A stretch of DNA of 53,452 nucleotides from a virus (IMGVR_UViG_3300018933_000007:1-53452), one strand, 5' to 3'. Shown: positions 37,006 to 46,449, numbered from the stretch's first letter. Numbers and translations: made by a program. Notes: a model not told the origin generated them from the sequence alone.

Positions 37006-37206
37006 CTACGCCGCCGTCTCGCTCGCGAGCGCCGTAGCGACCATGTCGGCCAGGCGGGGACGCTCGCTGACGGAGCCCGGCTCGATGCAGGGCCACTTCG
37101 TCACGACGAGCTGGAAGTGCACCAGGTCACCGTCGGTCTCGGTTTCCACGCTGAAGTGGACGACGCCGCAGCGCGAGCACACTTTGTCGATGGAAGGCTT
37201 ACCCAC
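37006..37206 (-). CDS. Small hypothetical protein (CxxC)
   Basis: Overlaps upstream gene; GGAGG RBS. Confidence 0.5.
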   Translation of the reverse strand: MGKPSIDKVCSRCGVVHFSVETETDGDLVHFQLVVTKWPCIEPGSVSERPRLADMVATALASETAA

Positions 37207-37354
37207 GACGCCCTCCGGGCAGGTTGCCCCAGGCCCAGAACCAGATGGTGACCGCCGTGAGCGCGCCGACGAAGACGCCCGCGCTGGGGTCCTTCACGAG
37301 CCAGGCGCAGGTGCCGAAGGCGACACCTGCGCTGGCGCCGACTATGGTGCGCAT
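37199..37354 (-). CDS. Small two-TM membrane protein
   Basis: TGATG coupling, AAGGAG RBS. Confidence 0.55.
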   Translation of the reverse strand: MRTIVGASAGVAFGTCAWLVKDPSAGVFVGALTAVTIWFWAWGNLPGGRRG

Positions 37355-37941
37355 CAGGTAACCGGCTCCTTGCTGAGACCGGCGACCGGGTGCGCAGGGC
37401 AGTGCGCGTGGCCTTCGGCGTCCCACATCCACCCCTCGGGCAGCTGCACGTCCAGCAGCGCACAGGCCGAGCAGCTGGTGCAGTAGATGCGAGGGCCGTT
37501 CTCCGGCGCCGAACGGGGCCGGTCGAGGCGAAGCGCACGGGCCTGGGCGTGGACGCGGCCTGTCTCGGCGTGCGCGGCGATCAGCTCGCTGACCCAGGTG
37601 GCGGTGATCTCCCGCAGATAGTCCATGATCATCTGGACGGTGTTCCGGCGCACCCGCAGCGGCACGAACCTGTACCAGCGGCCCATGCCGTCGTACAGGG
37701 CCTCGACCATCCGGTCGGCGTACCAGCGCATCTGCCGGTGGCAGGTTTCCTTGAGCTGCTTCATGTCGGCGTCGTGCAGCGGGAGATGGATCCGGCGCCC
37801 GGCGAGGGCGGCGCTGACGGCGACGATGTCGTCCGGGGTCAGGCCCTTGAAGGTCTGGCGGACGACCTCGGTGCTGCCCTCGGGAGAGTAGAGGAGGGTG
37901 ACGGTCGTACCGGTGCGCTCGGTGGTGGTGGTGTCGCTCAT
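37354..37941 (-). CDS. Hypothetical protein with C-terminal Cys/His cluster
   Basis: ATGA overlap; CTSC...GW...CPAH. Confidence 0.6.
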   Translation of the reverse strand: MSDTTTTERTGTTVTLLYSPEGSTEVVRQTFKGLTPDDIVAVSAALAGRRIHLPLHDADMKQLKETCHRQMRWYADRMVEALYDGMGRWYRFVPLRVRRNTVQMIMDYLREITATWVSELIAAHAETGRVHAQARALRLDRPRSAPENGPRIYCTSCSACALLDVQLPEGWMWDAEGHAHCPAHPVAGLSKEPVT

Positions 37942-38483
37942 GCTGCCTTGACCCCCATGGCGGTGGTGGTGGAGTTGTACTGCGCGGCCCGCTGGCGCTG
38001 GACGGCGCCGGTGACCGTCTCCCACGCCATCCCGCAGGCCCGGCTGAGCATCCCTTCGATCGTGTGCGCGGTGTCCGGCGCGACCCGGACCTTGCGCATG
38101 GTCGCCTGCATCAGCAGCGCGGCCATCTGCTCCGTCTTATCTCCGCTGGTACCCAGGTTGATCAGATCCAGCGGAGTCTGCGTCCCGTCGAACAGGAACA
38201 TCTGGGCCGCCGAGGAACCGTACTCGCGGATCCCGCGCTCGGCGCTCACCGTGCGCTGGCGCCGGTAGTCCAGGTAGTTGCCGAGCATGGCGGTGAACGA
38301 CGGGGAGACTCCCAGGAGTCGTGCCATGCGCGGGTGCGCCCATTGGTGACGCAGGCGGGCATGGCTGGGATTGGTGATGTCGTCGAGAGCGAGGACCGCG
38401 ACGGCGCGGTGGGCCTCCTTCTCGCTGAGGTCGAGGTTGTCCCGGACTGCGTACAGCTGAGACGTTGGCGTCGGGGCGGGCAT
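37938..38483 (-). CDS. Hypothetical protein
   Basis: Typical codon bias, AAGGGGG RBS. Confidence 0.65.
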   Translation of the reverse strand: MPAPTPTSQLYAVRDNLDLSEKEAHRAVAVLALDDITNPSHARLRHQWAHPRMARLLGVSPSFTAMLGNYLDYRRQRTVSAERGIREYGSSAAQMFLFDGTQTPLDLINLGTSGDKTEQMAALLMQATMRKVRVAPDTAHTIEGMLSRACGMAWETVTGAVQRQRAAQYNSTTTAMGVKAA

Positions 38484-38508
38484 GGCGGGGTGCCCCCCTT
38501 TCTTGCGG

Positions 38509-38778
38509 TCAGTGGGTGGTTGCCGTCAGCAGGCGGCGGCAGAAGAACACGGAGTGCATCGTGTAGGCCTGCCCCCCGTCGGCCAGGACGAGCGGCCCGA
38601 GCAACCCGCGCGAGGCGTTGAGCTTCGACCGCTCCACGAGGTCATCCATCGTTGCCTGGTCGCAGCCCAGCCACTCGCGCGCGAGCTCGTAGGTGAACGT
38701 GTAGTCGCCGACCTCGTATCGAGAGAGGTTCGCGGCGGACAGACGCGGGCGCGACGGCGCAGCGCAGGATACAGACAT
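38509..38778 (-). CDS. Small putative DNA-binding protein (excisionase-like HTH)
   Basis: FTYELAREWLGCDQATMDDLVERSKL.A pattern; AGGAG RBS. Confidence 0.5.
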   Translation of the reverse strand: MSVSCAAPSRPRLSAANLSRYEVGDYTFTYELAREWLGCDQATMDDLVERSKLNASRGLLGPLVLADGGQAYTMHSVFFCRRLLTATTH

Positions 38779-38931
38779 GGATGATCTCCTGGCGGGTGGA
38801 GATTGAAGAATGTTGATCTAGCGGATCTGGCGGGATCTGCGCGCACCACTCTACACGCGCTTCAACCACTGGCCAGGCATATGCAAGAAACTGACACTCA
38901 GTGACTTTCCCCAGACAACAGGGGACATGAC

Positions 38932-38965
38932 GAAGCCCCGCCCCCGAGGGCAGGGGCGGGGCTTC
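38932..38965 (-). terminator. Terminator hairpin
   Basis: GAAGCCCCGCCCC/GGGGCGGGGCTTC stem after early operon. Confidence 0.7.
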
Positions 38966-38977
38966 GGCGGCTCGATG

Positions 38978-39391
38978 CTACGCCGGGGCGTGCACCAGCA
39001 GCTGGGTCACCACATCACCAAGCTGCGCTCCGGCCTCCGACAGGTCGGCATCGGCCAGCAAGTCGCGCACCGTCATGGACGCATACCTGCCGTCCACCAG
39101 ACCAAGGTCCCGACGCCATGCCGTGAGGTCGATGAGCACCGTCACCACGGCGACCCACCCCCTGTACCCCGATCCGGCAGGAGGAGGAGTGCTCTGAACC
39201 TTCTGTACCGCCGCGCACCCGGCCTGGCCCGGGAACGACTCCTCGACAGCGCGACGCAACGGCGCCTCCAGCGCCTCGACGGCCGCCGCGATCTGCTCTT
39301 CTTCCTCGACGGACACATACACCCAGTACGCCGCCGACAGCTTCCCTGTCGTCGCCTCCTGGGGCGACGTGTTGTTCGTCACGCAGATCAT
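38978..39391 (-). CDS. Hypothetical protein
   Basis: AGGAG RBS; operon packing. Confidence 0.6.
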   Translation of the reverse strand: MICVTNNTSPQEATTGKLSAAYWVYVSVEEEEQIAAAVEALEAPLRRAVEESFPGQAGCAAVQKVQSTPPPAGSGYRGWVAVVTVLIDLTAWRRDLGLVDGRYASMTVRDLLADADLSEAGAQLGDVVTQLLVHAPA

Positions 39392-39410
39392 CTTCTCCTG
39401 TGCCGCGCGC

Positions 39411-39899
39411 CTAGTCCTCGGACGGAGAGTCGTCCGGCTTCACGAACTCGTTCAGGAGCTCTCGGCGCTTCTCCCGGCTGTCCCCGATGCTGTGCCCGCC
39501 GTACGGGAACTTCTGCGTCCGCCCGCTGAACAGGCCGAGCTGGCAGATACGGGAGGCCCCCCACGACGGCAGCGGATTCTCCGCCCGCTCCTGCGCCGTC
39601 TTGAGCGTCACCCAGCCGGAGATGATGTTGGCCTCGATCGAAGACTCCTCGTACAGACAGAGGCGCAGCCCGTCCAACACCACCTGGTGGTCGATCAGAA
39701 ACCCCTTCCCGGTGGGGTCGGTGAACGTCACGCACCACTGCGCGCCATCACTCAGCTGCTCAGGACTGGTGTAGACGGGCCACTTGCGGTCCCCGAAGTG
39801 ATGCCCCCAGCGGGCCTCCAGGGACGGATGCTCGGCCAGGAACCCCTTCGCGAGACGCTGGGTCTCCTCTTCAGTGACCGCGTACGCGGACTCAGACAT
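39411..39899 (-). CDS. Hypothetical protein
   Basis: GGAGGGG RBS; overlap with upstream gene. Confidence 0.65.
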   Translation of the reverse strand: MSESAYAVTEEETQRLAKGFLAEHPSLEARWGHHFGDRKWPVYTSPEQLSDGAQWCVTFTDPTGKGFLIDHQVVLDGLRLCLYEESSIEANIISGWVTLKTAQERAENPLPSWGASRICQLGLFSGRTQKFPYGGHSIGDSREKRRELLNEFVKPDDSPSED

Positions 39900-40224
39900 G
39901 CGCTTCCCCTCCCACGTCCCGCACCGGCCTGCCCGGTGCGGTCATCTTCAGCAGCTCCTGCGCGTTCGGCAGCGGCGATCCCACGCCGACGTGGGCCTCC
40001 AGCAGCGCGCGGGCGCCGAGCCGGGCGTTCGGCTGATCCAGAGTCGGCAGCACGTCGCCGACGAAGATCAGTTCATCCCCTTCCAGGACACGCCAGCCGT
40101 GCCTTCCGATGGAGCCGGAAAGCCCGTCCCGATCGTAGATGCACCCCAGGAACTCCTCGCCGCGCCACAGCGTGCCTCCGGCTTTGTCGCGCTCCCAGCG
40201 CAACCCCGGCGTGGTCATGGCCAT
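39892..40224 (-). CDS. Hypothetical protein
   Basis: Operon packing; start 40224 or 40254. Confidence 0.55.
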   Translation of the reverse strand: MAMTTPGLRWERDKAGGTLWRGEEFLGCIYDRDGLSGSIGRHGWRVLEGDELIFVGDVLPTLDQPNARLGARALLEAHVGVGSPLPNAQELLKMTAPGRPVRDVGGEAHV

Positions 40225-40260
40225 CGGCCTTCTTCTCAGTCGTGTCAACAGCATGGTGGT

Positions 40261-40743
40261 TCAGGCCGCCTGGGCCATGTCGTCAGCCGTCAGGGGCTTG
40301 AACTGGTCGACGATCCTGCCCCGCAGCAGATGCGCGACCTCACCGGCTCGGGTCATGCAGAAGACGCCGGGTGCGCGCCGCACCAGCACGCTCAGGCCCT
40401 TGCCGCTCATGGGCTGCGTCTGCGGGATCGGCTTGCCTCCCGTAGGAGCGGCCCAGTGCCGGTACGACTCGGCGAGGTTGCGCATGTCCTGATTGTCGGC
40501 GAGCGGCACGTACTGGGTGACGACCGGCTCTTCGATCTCGGAGCCCTCGAAGTCCCCGGGCTGTTCGATGGTGATGAAGCCCCCTCCGGCCTGCTGCTGG
40601 ACAGCGTCATCCTCGAAGACCTCGGTGAGGATGAAGTCGACCTGAGAGCCGTGGACGATCTCGGCGTGGCGGGTGATCGGGTTCAGGCGCAGGTAGGCGC
40701 TGGCGGTCGCGAGGGCGCGCCGCTCGGTCATGATGGCGGTCAT
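40261..40743 (-). CDS. Hypothetical protein
   Basis: GAAGGA RBS before ATG 40743. Confidence 0.6.
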   Translation of the reverse strand: MTAIMTERRALATASAYLRLNPITRHAEIVHGSQVDFILTEVFEDDAVQQQAGGGFITIEQPGDFEGSEIEEPVVTQYVPLADNQDMRNLAESYRHWAAPTGGKPIPQTQPMSGKGLSVLVRRAPGVFCMTRAGEVAHLLRGRIVDQFKPLTADDMAQAA

Positions 40744-40835
40744 GATGTTCCTTCGTGGCGGGTCGAGGAACTGCTGATGAGTTGTACGGGTGACTGGGGG
40801 CGGACAGCTGGCGGGCTGTCCGGCCCCAGTCAAGC

Positions 40836-40973
40836 TCACTCGTCGGCGAGCTGGTCCAGGAGTTCAGCTTCGGCAGAGTGGCACTGCCTGCACATCCTGT
40901 GCGGGACGTCCTCGTGAAGGCCCTGCTTGTGCTCCGAGGCGAGCATCACGGCGTACATCGACGGATCCGGCAT
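40836..40973 (-). CDS. 45-aa His/Cys protein absent from the ORF track
   Basis: MPDPSMYAVMLASEHKQGLHEDVPHRMCRQCHSAEAELLDQLADE; starts 1 nt after upstream stop; GC3-rich. Confidence 0.55.
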   Translation of the reverse strand: MPDPSMYAVMLASEHKQGLHEDVPHRMCRQCHSAEAELLDQLADE

Positions 40974-40974
40974 G

Positions 40975-41391
40975 TCAGGTCCCCACCGGCTCGTAGCGGA
41001 CGGCCTGGCGGCGGCCGTCGATGAGGACCATGGCGCCGCTGGCCAGGTAGCACAGCCGGGCGAAGCCCCTGTTGACCTGCCGGGCGCACCGGCGGACAGC
41101 CTGGCTGGAGGGCACTATCCCGAGGCTGTCCCACGTCAGGCCGTCTTCGGAGACCAGCTCGCGGAAGCTGCGCACCTCCGGCGGCTCGACGGTGACGGGC
41201 TCGTACCGGCGGGTGCGGCCGTCCTCGGTGGACGTCAGCTCGAACGCGCCGCCGTCGAGGTCGCGGCGGGTGGCGAACCCCCGCGAAACACTGAACGAGG
41301 TCTGCTCCTCGACGTCCTCGCCAGCCTGGACGACCGTGTGCCCGTTGGCGTAGGTGATCAGGTAGGCGACGGGGGGTCTCACATCTGCCAC
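40975..41391 (-). CDS. Hypothetical protein
   Basis: GTG start overlapping upstream gene; repeated RYEPV motif. Confidence 0.55.
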   Translation of the reverse strand: MADVRPPVAYLITYANGHTVVQAGEDVEEQTSFSVSRGFATRRDLDGGAFELTSTEDGRTRRYEPVTVEPPEVRSFRELVSEDGLTWDSLGIVPSSQAVRRCARQVNRGFARLCYLASGAMVLIDGRRQAVRYEPVGT

Positions 41392-42209
41392 AGTCGCTCG
41401 CCCGCCTTCCACGCGTCGAGGTCGCCCCCCTTGGCCTCCTGCAGCGCCTTGTCGGCCCCGCAGGTCGAGCAGAGGGTGTAGACCGTGGTGAGGTCGGTGG
41501 GCGGCTGCGGACCGTCCGCGTAGTAGCCCCGGACGAGCTTGTCCCACACGGTGCTCAGGGGGAGTGCCGGGACGGTGGCGATCTTCGCTCCCGCACCCCT
41601 GCAGGGGATCTTGTGGACCGTCGCCCTGCGCAGCGGCCTGTTGCCCTTGCGGGCGAGCTGGGCGACCGCCCACTCCAGAGGCTCATCGTTGGCCGGAGGC
41701 TCCTCGTCGCCCGTCCACGGAGGCCCGACCGGCATGGCCTCGTCGACAGCCAGGGCCTCTCTGGCGCTCGTGGTCTTCTCGTCGGCGATGGCCATGGCGA
41801 TCCGCTCGACCTGGTCGCGGTCGACCTTGTAGCCGAGCGCGGCGATGCGGCGCATCAGCTCGGCGCGGTCCTCCTCGGTCGGGGTGTACGGCTCGTCCCA
41901 CTCCTCGGAGTCGCGGAAGCCGTAGGCCCAGATGTCCTCGGGGTAGACCCAGTCCCGCGCCAGCGTGATGCCCGCGAGCATGGTGGAGCCGGAGCCCTTG
42001 AGCCTGGCGTTGGCGTAGAACTCCTGGGCCTGCTCTTCGAGCTGGCGGAAGAGGATCTCGCGGACCCGGGTGCCGACGTCGCTCTTCAGCAGCTCCTCGT
42101 CGGTGAGGTCGTCGTAGCTGCTGGCGGGGCGGGGCTCATCGGTCTCGGAGCCGAGGAGCAGGTCGAGGAGTTCGTGCGCCCTGGCGCGGCGCTTGTCGGG
42201 GTCGAGCAT
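41379..42209 (-). CDS. Hypothetical protein with H..PC...CSTC cluster
   Basis: AAGGAG RBS; strong codon bias. Confidence 0.7.
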   Translation of the reverse strand: MLDPDKRRARAHELLDLLLGSETDEPRPASSYDDLTDEELLKSDVGTRVREILFRQLEEQAQEFYANARLKGSGSTMLAGITLARDWVYPEDIWAYGFRDSEEWDEPYTPTEEDRAELMRRIAALGYKVDRDQVERIAMAIADEKTTSAREALAVDEAMPVGPPWTGDEEPPANDEPLEWAVAQLARKGNRPLRRATVHKIPCRGAGAKIATVPALPLSTVWDKLVRGYYADGPQPPTDLTTVYTLCSTCGADKALQEAKGGDLDAWKAGERLWQM

Positions 42210-42242
42210 GAGGTTCTCCTTCGGTGGCGGCCGAGTTGGTGG

Positions 42243-42830
42243 TCAGCTGGCGGTGGTGATGAGGCGCTCGATGCGCTGCTCGTGGGGGACGAAGTCTCCG
42301 ATGGCGGTGCAGGACCCGCCCTGGGGCGTCTCGTGGCTGCGGACGCGGTCGGCGGCGTCGAGGACGACAGGGGCCTCGCAGCCGGGGCACCGGTACTGCT
42401 TCTCGGGCTCCCAGGTGCGCACGATGGACAACGGGTTGACCACGTTCATCATGAGCTGCTCGGGCAGCGCTGGGACGACGGCGGCGATGGTCTGCTGTAG
42501 GGCGTCAGGCCGCCGCAGCCCGGACAGCTTCCTGACGTCGCGCTTCTTGGCCAGGGTGCCCATCCGGGCGACCACCGCGTCGGCCTTGAAGCTGGCCGCG
42601 TACGCGACGGCCGGGGTGACCTGGATGACGAGCACGCCCCGGCGGGCGCCGGTGCTGGAGTTGAGCTTGCCTCCCCAGACCGCGTCCTCGGGCGCGAGGG
42701 TGAAGGCGGGGCCGTCGGCGGTGGGGGTCAGGTCCCACAGGCGGTCGTCCACCAGCAGCGCCGGGGTGGCGGCCCGGTGGGCGGTCTTGACGGCGTACAC
42801 GCCTAGTGGCTGGAGCGCGGTCCTGCGCAT
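42243..42830 (-). CDS. Hypothetical protein with C-terminal CCHC Zn ribbon
   Basis: CPGC...H...C; AGGAGG RBS below early promoter element. Confidence 0.65.
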   Translation of the reverse strand: MRRTALQPLGVYAVKTAHRAATPALLVDDRLWDLTPTADGPAFTLAPEDAVWGGKLNSSTGARRGVLVIQVTPAVAYAASFKADAVVARMGTLAKKRDVRKLSGLRRPDALQQTIAAVVPALPEQLMMNVVNPLSIVRTWEPEKQYRCPGCEAPVVLDAADRVRSHETPQGGSCTAIGDFVPHEQRIERLITTAS

Positions 42831-42855
42831 GAGGCCCTCCTGTCGTAACTAGCAA

Positions 42856-42901
42856 GCACCCCCACCCTAGCGCATCTCAAGATGCTTTGGGGTGGGGGTG
42901 C
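42856..42901 (-). promoter_or_regulatory. Early promoter-operator element, copy 1
   Basis: GCATCT-NN-AGATGC palindrome 2 nt upstream of a TAGGGT -10-like box, within a 12-bp inverted repeat. Confidence 0.7.
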
Positions 42902-42911
42902 TGCAAGTTTT

Positions 42912-43280
42912 TCAGGAGCCGGGGAGCACCTTGCGGAACACGAGCGCGGCCCGTACCCCGTCGCCGGTCACGCGGGTCCGCTGCGAGATCTCGTCGATCT
43001 CCAGCCCTCTGAGCAGGTACAGGTCCGTGATCTCGACGATCTTCGCCCAGGGCACGCCCTCGACGTGGAATTCCTTGTGTTCCTCCAGCAGCCGCGCGCG
43101 GGCCCTCTGGCCGTAGCCGGTCAGGAACAGCTGCCTGTTCGCAGTCTCGGCGAGGCGCTTGCGCCGGAGCTCCTCGCGGAGCCGGTGACCGGAGGCGGTG
43201 ATCCGCCCCGTGGCGGGGTCGGCGTGGATCAGGGCCTGGCGTTCGGACGCGGTCAGCTTGCTCGTCTTGATGGCAGCCAT
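42912..43280 (-). CDS. Putative DNA-binding protein with C-terminal HTH
   Basis: LYLLRGLEIDEISQRTRVTGDGVRAAL; AGGAG RBS. Confidence 0.55.
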   Translation of the reverse strand: MAAIKTSKLTASERQALIHADPATGRITASGHRLREELRRKRLAETANRQLFLTGYGQRARARLLEEHKEFHVEGVPWAKIVEITDLYLLRGLEIDEISQRTRVTGDGVRAALVFRKVLPGS

Positions 43281-43330
43281 GAGGACTCCTGGCGGTGAGT
43301 CGATGTGAAGCTCTGGCGGGTGTTTTGAGG

Positions 43331-43609
43331 CTAACGTGCAGAGGCCTCGGAGAGGCCCTCTTCGGCGATCCGGATTGCGTCACGGACCTCGGCGGCCATC
43401 TGCGGCTCGTCGCCGCTGAGCGGCCAGGACTGGGCCGAGGCGGAGACGAGCTGTCCGTCTTCGCTGGTCACAGCGCGTAGGACCTGGCCTCGCGTGCGGC
43501 CCTGGGTCAGGCTCAGCTCGACCGTGCAGCCGTCGCTGCGCCTGGCCTTCAGGCGGATCGTGCCGCCGAGGCGGACGATCGGCTCGACGGCAGCGGTCAT
43601 CTGCGGCAT
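43331..43609 (-). CDS. Hypothetical protein
   Basis: AGGAGG RBS before ATG 43609. Confidence 0.6.
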   Translation of the reverse strand: MPQMTAAVEPIVRLGGTIRLKARRSDGCTVELSLTQGRTRGQVLRAVTSEDGQLVSASAQSWPLSGDEPQMAAEVRDAIRIAEEGLSEASAR

Positions 43610-43729
43610 GGGGCCCTCCTGTGGCGGGTCAAGAGGTAAACGAAGGACGGCCACTCCTGATGGCGGTCAGGTGGGGCCGTCCTCGATCGTGCCAAATCCG
43701 CGTCAACGGATCAACGGTTACACGGTTTT

Positions 43730-44077
43730 TTACTCTCCCGTTACTTCGTCGGGGGTCCGATCGACGATGTCCTGCGGCACCGACCGGTCCCTCACCAGCA
43801 ACGCCCGGCTCAGCAGCTCGTCGATCGACGGCCGCACGTACGCAGGCGCGGTGTTGTAGGACTGCCACTGCATCCGATGATCCATCGGGTTGTCCGGGCC
43901 CGGCCGCCGAGAAAACTCCCGGCAGCCGTCCACCACGTACTCGTAGTCCCCCCGATGGTCTGGGCCGATCACCTCCCGGATGACGGCCGTGCCGCCGGGC
44001 AGGCTGCACGCCCACCGCTGACCGCGCGAGTTGTACACCCTCGCTCCCACCGGCAGCGGGTGAATCGACTCGGCCAT
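43730..44077 (-). CDS. Hypothetical SH3-like protein
   Basis: LPVGARV...AVIREV...YEYVV; operon packing. Confidence 0.55.
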   Translation of the reverse strand: MAESIHPLPVGARVYNSRGQRWACSLPGGTAVIREVIGPDHRGDYEYVVDGCREFSRRPGPDNPMDHRMQWQSYNTAPAYVRPSIDELLSRALLVRDRSVPQDIVDRTPDEVTGE

Positions 44078-44078
44078 G

Positions 44079-44501
44079 TCAGCGGATCTCCCCGTTGTCC
44101 ACCGAGCGCTCTCCGTACAGGATGTCGTCCGCCCGGCGCCGCAGCTCCTGCGGGTCGCCCTGCATGACGGCCAGCAGCGCCCGGAGCTGGCTGGTCGTCA
44201 CCTTGCTCCGCTTGGCGAACGAGACCTCGATCCCCGCGTCACGCAGGCCATCCAGGAGGGCACGACGCTCCCGGAGCTCCTCGTGCTCCTCCAGGGTGTG
44301 CAGCTGCCGCGTGTAGCCGACGCTCCGCTCCTCCATGCCGCTGTCGCGGGAGAACCGCTCGTTCAGCTCGTAGCCGTTCCTGGAGACGTACACCCACCTC
44401 GGGCCGACGCGGGAGACGACAACCTGCTCGGCGCTCTCGTCAGCGTCGTACGTCACCAGGGCAAGCAGGTCGCCCTTCTTCAACTCTGCAGGCAGTGCCA
44501 T
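44079..44501 (-). CDS. Hypothetical beta-barrel protein
   Basis: LKKGD...VVSRVGPRWVYV; packing. Confidence 0.6.
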   Translation of the reverse strand: MALPAELKKGDLLALVTYDADESAEQVVVSRVGPRWVYVSRNGYELNERFSRDSGMEERSVGYTRQLHTLEEHEELRERRALLDGLRDAGIEVSFAKRSKVTTSQLRALLAVMQGDPQELRRRADDILYGERSVDNGEIR

Positions 44502-44502
44502 G

Positions 44503-45153
44503 TCAGCTCCCCACCGGCTTGACGACCTCGCCGGAGACGACGGTCGGCAGGGGAAGGGTGGTCGGCTCGAAGTTGGACCAGGTGGCGCCGTCCTTGGCCT
44601 TGTGGGCGCGCAGCTCGTTGGCGACGGCGCGGCCCTTCTCGGTGAGCTGGAAGCGGGCCCAGGGCATCAGCTGCCACTCGGTGAGGCCGGTCATCAAGCC
44701 CGGCCGGGGGTCGTCCTCGCCGTCGAGCGGGCGGCCGTTCGGCTTCAGGAAGTGCTCGCCGTCCTCGCTGACGCCCGGCATCGTGATGGTGACGAGTCCG
44801 GCGTCGACCATGTCCATCAGGGCGTCGGCCTCGCAGTGGCCGTACAGGGTGACCGGCTCGCCGTTGACGCGCTTGAGGCGCAGTCCGTACTGGTCGGCAG
44901 CGTCCTGACCGCCAAGGGAGCGGCTGTAGGGGCTACGGGCCGCGTACAGCATGGGCCAGTTGCGCTCGGAGAGGGTAAGCCGGTTCCAGTCGATGCGGCC
45001 CTTGTACTCGACCTCCACGGACTCGACGTAGCTGAGGAGGCTCCAGTGGTCCTTGCCCCAGAGGTCGGGGGTGATCTGCTCGCGGCCCTCGCGGGCCCGC
45101 CACTCCGGCGCGGCGTTGATCAGCTCGGCGAGGTGGGTCATGTCGATGCTCAT
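44503..45153 (-). CDS. Hypothetical phage protein
   Basis: WGKDHWSLL.YVE motif, winged-helix-like LTEKG; AAGGAG RBS. Confidence 0.7.
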   Translation of the reverse strand: MSIDMTHLAELINAAPEWRAREGREQITPDLWGKDHWSLLSYVESVEVEYKGRIDWNRLTLSERNWPMLYAARSPYSRSLGGQDAADQYGLRLKRVNGEPVTLYGHCEADALMDMVDAGLVTITMPGVSEDGEHFLKPNGRPLDGEDDPRPGLMTGLTEWQLMPWARFQLTEKGRAVANELRAHKAKDGATWSNFEPTTLPLPTVVSGEVVKPVGS

Positions 45154-45236
45154 GATGTGCTCCTTGAGTTCCTAGGCGGGATGGGCGGCCGCGCCCAGGG
45201 GGGTGGGCTGGGCGCGGGCCGCCGGTCAGGGGAGGG

Positions 45237-45737
45237 TCAGCAGGACTCGTCGAGCTTCACGGAGTTGATCGTGACGCGCCAGGCGCCGGTCGCTCCGGGC
45301 GCCGGGCTCTGACTGCACACCTTCCAGTTGCTGTTCAGCATGATGAAGGTGTTGCCAGGGCTGATCGAGTTCTCATCGACCATGAACCCGGCGGTGTGCA
45401 GGATGGTCATGGCGTCGGCGTGGTTCATCCCGACGACATTGGGCACCGGCTCCGGCGTCTTGGTCTCCGCCGTCCTGGAAGGCGCCGCCGTCTTGGGCTT
45501 CGGGTCGTCGGAGACCTTCGGGGCCGCCGAGGCGGTCTTCGACGGCGTCAGCGTGGCGGTGACGGTCTTCGTCGCGGCCGGAGCGGCGGCCTCGCGGGTG
45601 CCGGAGCCGCTCTCCCCGCCTCCCGCGATGCTGCCCAGGACGGCCAGGACGACGACGCCACCCGGGATCAGGACGCGCTTCTTCTTGTACCACGGTCGCT
45701 TCGGCATCTGGCCCGGCTGGCTGTACGGATTGCTCAT
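45237..45737 (-). CDS. Membrane-anchored PASTA domain protein
   Basis: PWYKKK + TM, Thr/Pro linker, VPNVVGMN...WKVCSQSPAPG. Confidence 0.8.
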   Translation of the reverse strand: MSNPYSQPGQMPKRPWYKKKRVLIPGGVVVLAVLGSIAGGGESGSGTREAAAPAATKTVTATLTPSKTASAAPKVSDDPKPKTAAPSRTAETKTPEPVPNVVGMNHADAMTILHTAGFMVDENSISPGNTFIMLNSNWKVCSQSPAPGATGAWRVTINSVKLDESC

Positions 45738-45778
45738 GAGCTGTGATTCCTTCTCGGGATGTGGTGGACGGCCGACGG

Positions 45779-46144
45779 TCAGTTGTGCGTCAGGAACTTC
45801 AGCTCGCCGAGCTTCCAGGTGTCGTTGTCCTTCGTCGACACCGTGCACACGTACCGGTTGCGCTTGTAGGCCCCGAAGTCGTTCTGGCTGTCGATCCAGC
45901 CCCTGACCTCGTACTTCCACGGCTTCTTGCTGCTCAGCGTCTTGATCTTCGTCTCGGAGACGCCGGAGAACTTCAGCGAGCCGGGCGACTTGATCCGCTT
46001 GTCCTCCTTGATGAACTCCTCACACATCACGGCCGCGCCCTGCGGCGACGGCTCGTCGGTGCCCCCCTCGCAGCCGGTGAGCGCCACGGTGGTCGCCAGC
46101 GCGGCGGCCAGGAGCAGCATGCGGTTGAGCTTGGTGACCTTCAC
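45779..46144 (-). CDS. Lipoprotein
   Basis: Lipobox LTGC; C...IKSPGS.KF and DSQN.FGA..R..Y.C motifs. Confidence 0.75.
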   Translation of the reverse strand: MKVTKLNRMLLLAAALATTVALTGCEGGTDEPSPQGAAVMCEEFIKEDKRIKSPGSLKFSGVSETKIKTLSSKKPWKYEVRGWIDSQNDFGAYKRNRYVCTVSTKDNDTWKLGELKFLTHN

Positions 46145-46262
46145 GGTCGAATCCCCCCTGGGATGAGAGTGGTGGCTGCTGCGCACCGTAGCGAGGTGCG
46201 CATGGTGCCCGCCCTCGGTTTGACCCCGAAGGCCCCGTAACGGGCAAGGACGGGCTGGACGG

Positions 46263-46421
46263 TCAGTCCTTGTTCTCGAACCACTCGGGGTGCTCGGCGC
46301 GCACGGCCTGGTGCGCGCTGGCGTCGAGCGGGTACGTCTCCGGCTCGGGGAAGAGCTCCTGGAGCTTCTCGGCGGAGTCGACGGCGAGCCTGGCGGAGAT
46401 GCTGTCGTTGTTGTTGCTCAC
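46263..46421 (-). CDS. Small hypothetical protein
   Basis: GTG start VSNNNDS; GC3-rich. Confidence 0.5.
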   Translation of the reverse strand: MSNNNDSISARLAVDSAEKLQELFPEPETYPLDASAHQAVRAEHPEWFENKD

Positions 46422-46449
46422 GTGCGGGTCTTTCCGGGATGCGAGGTGG

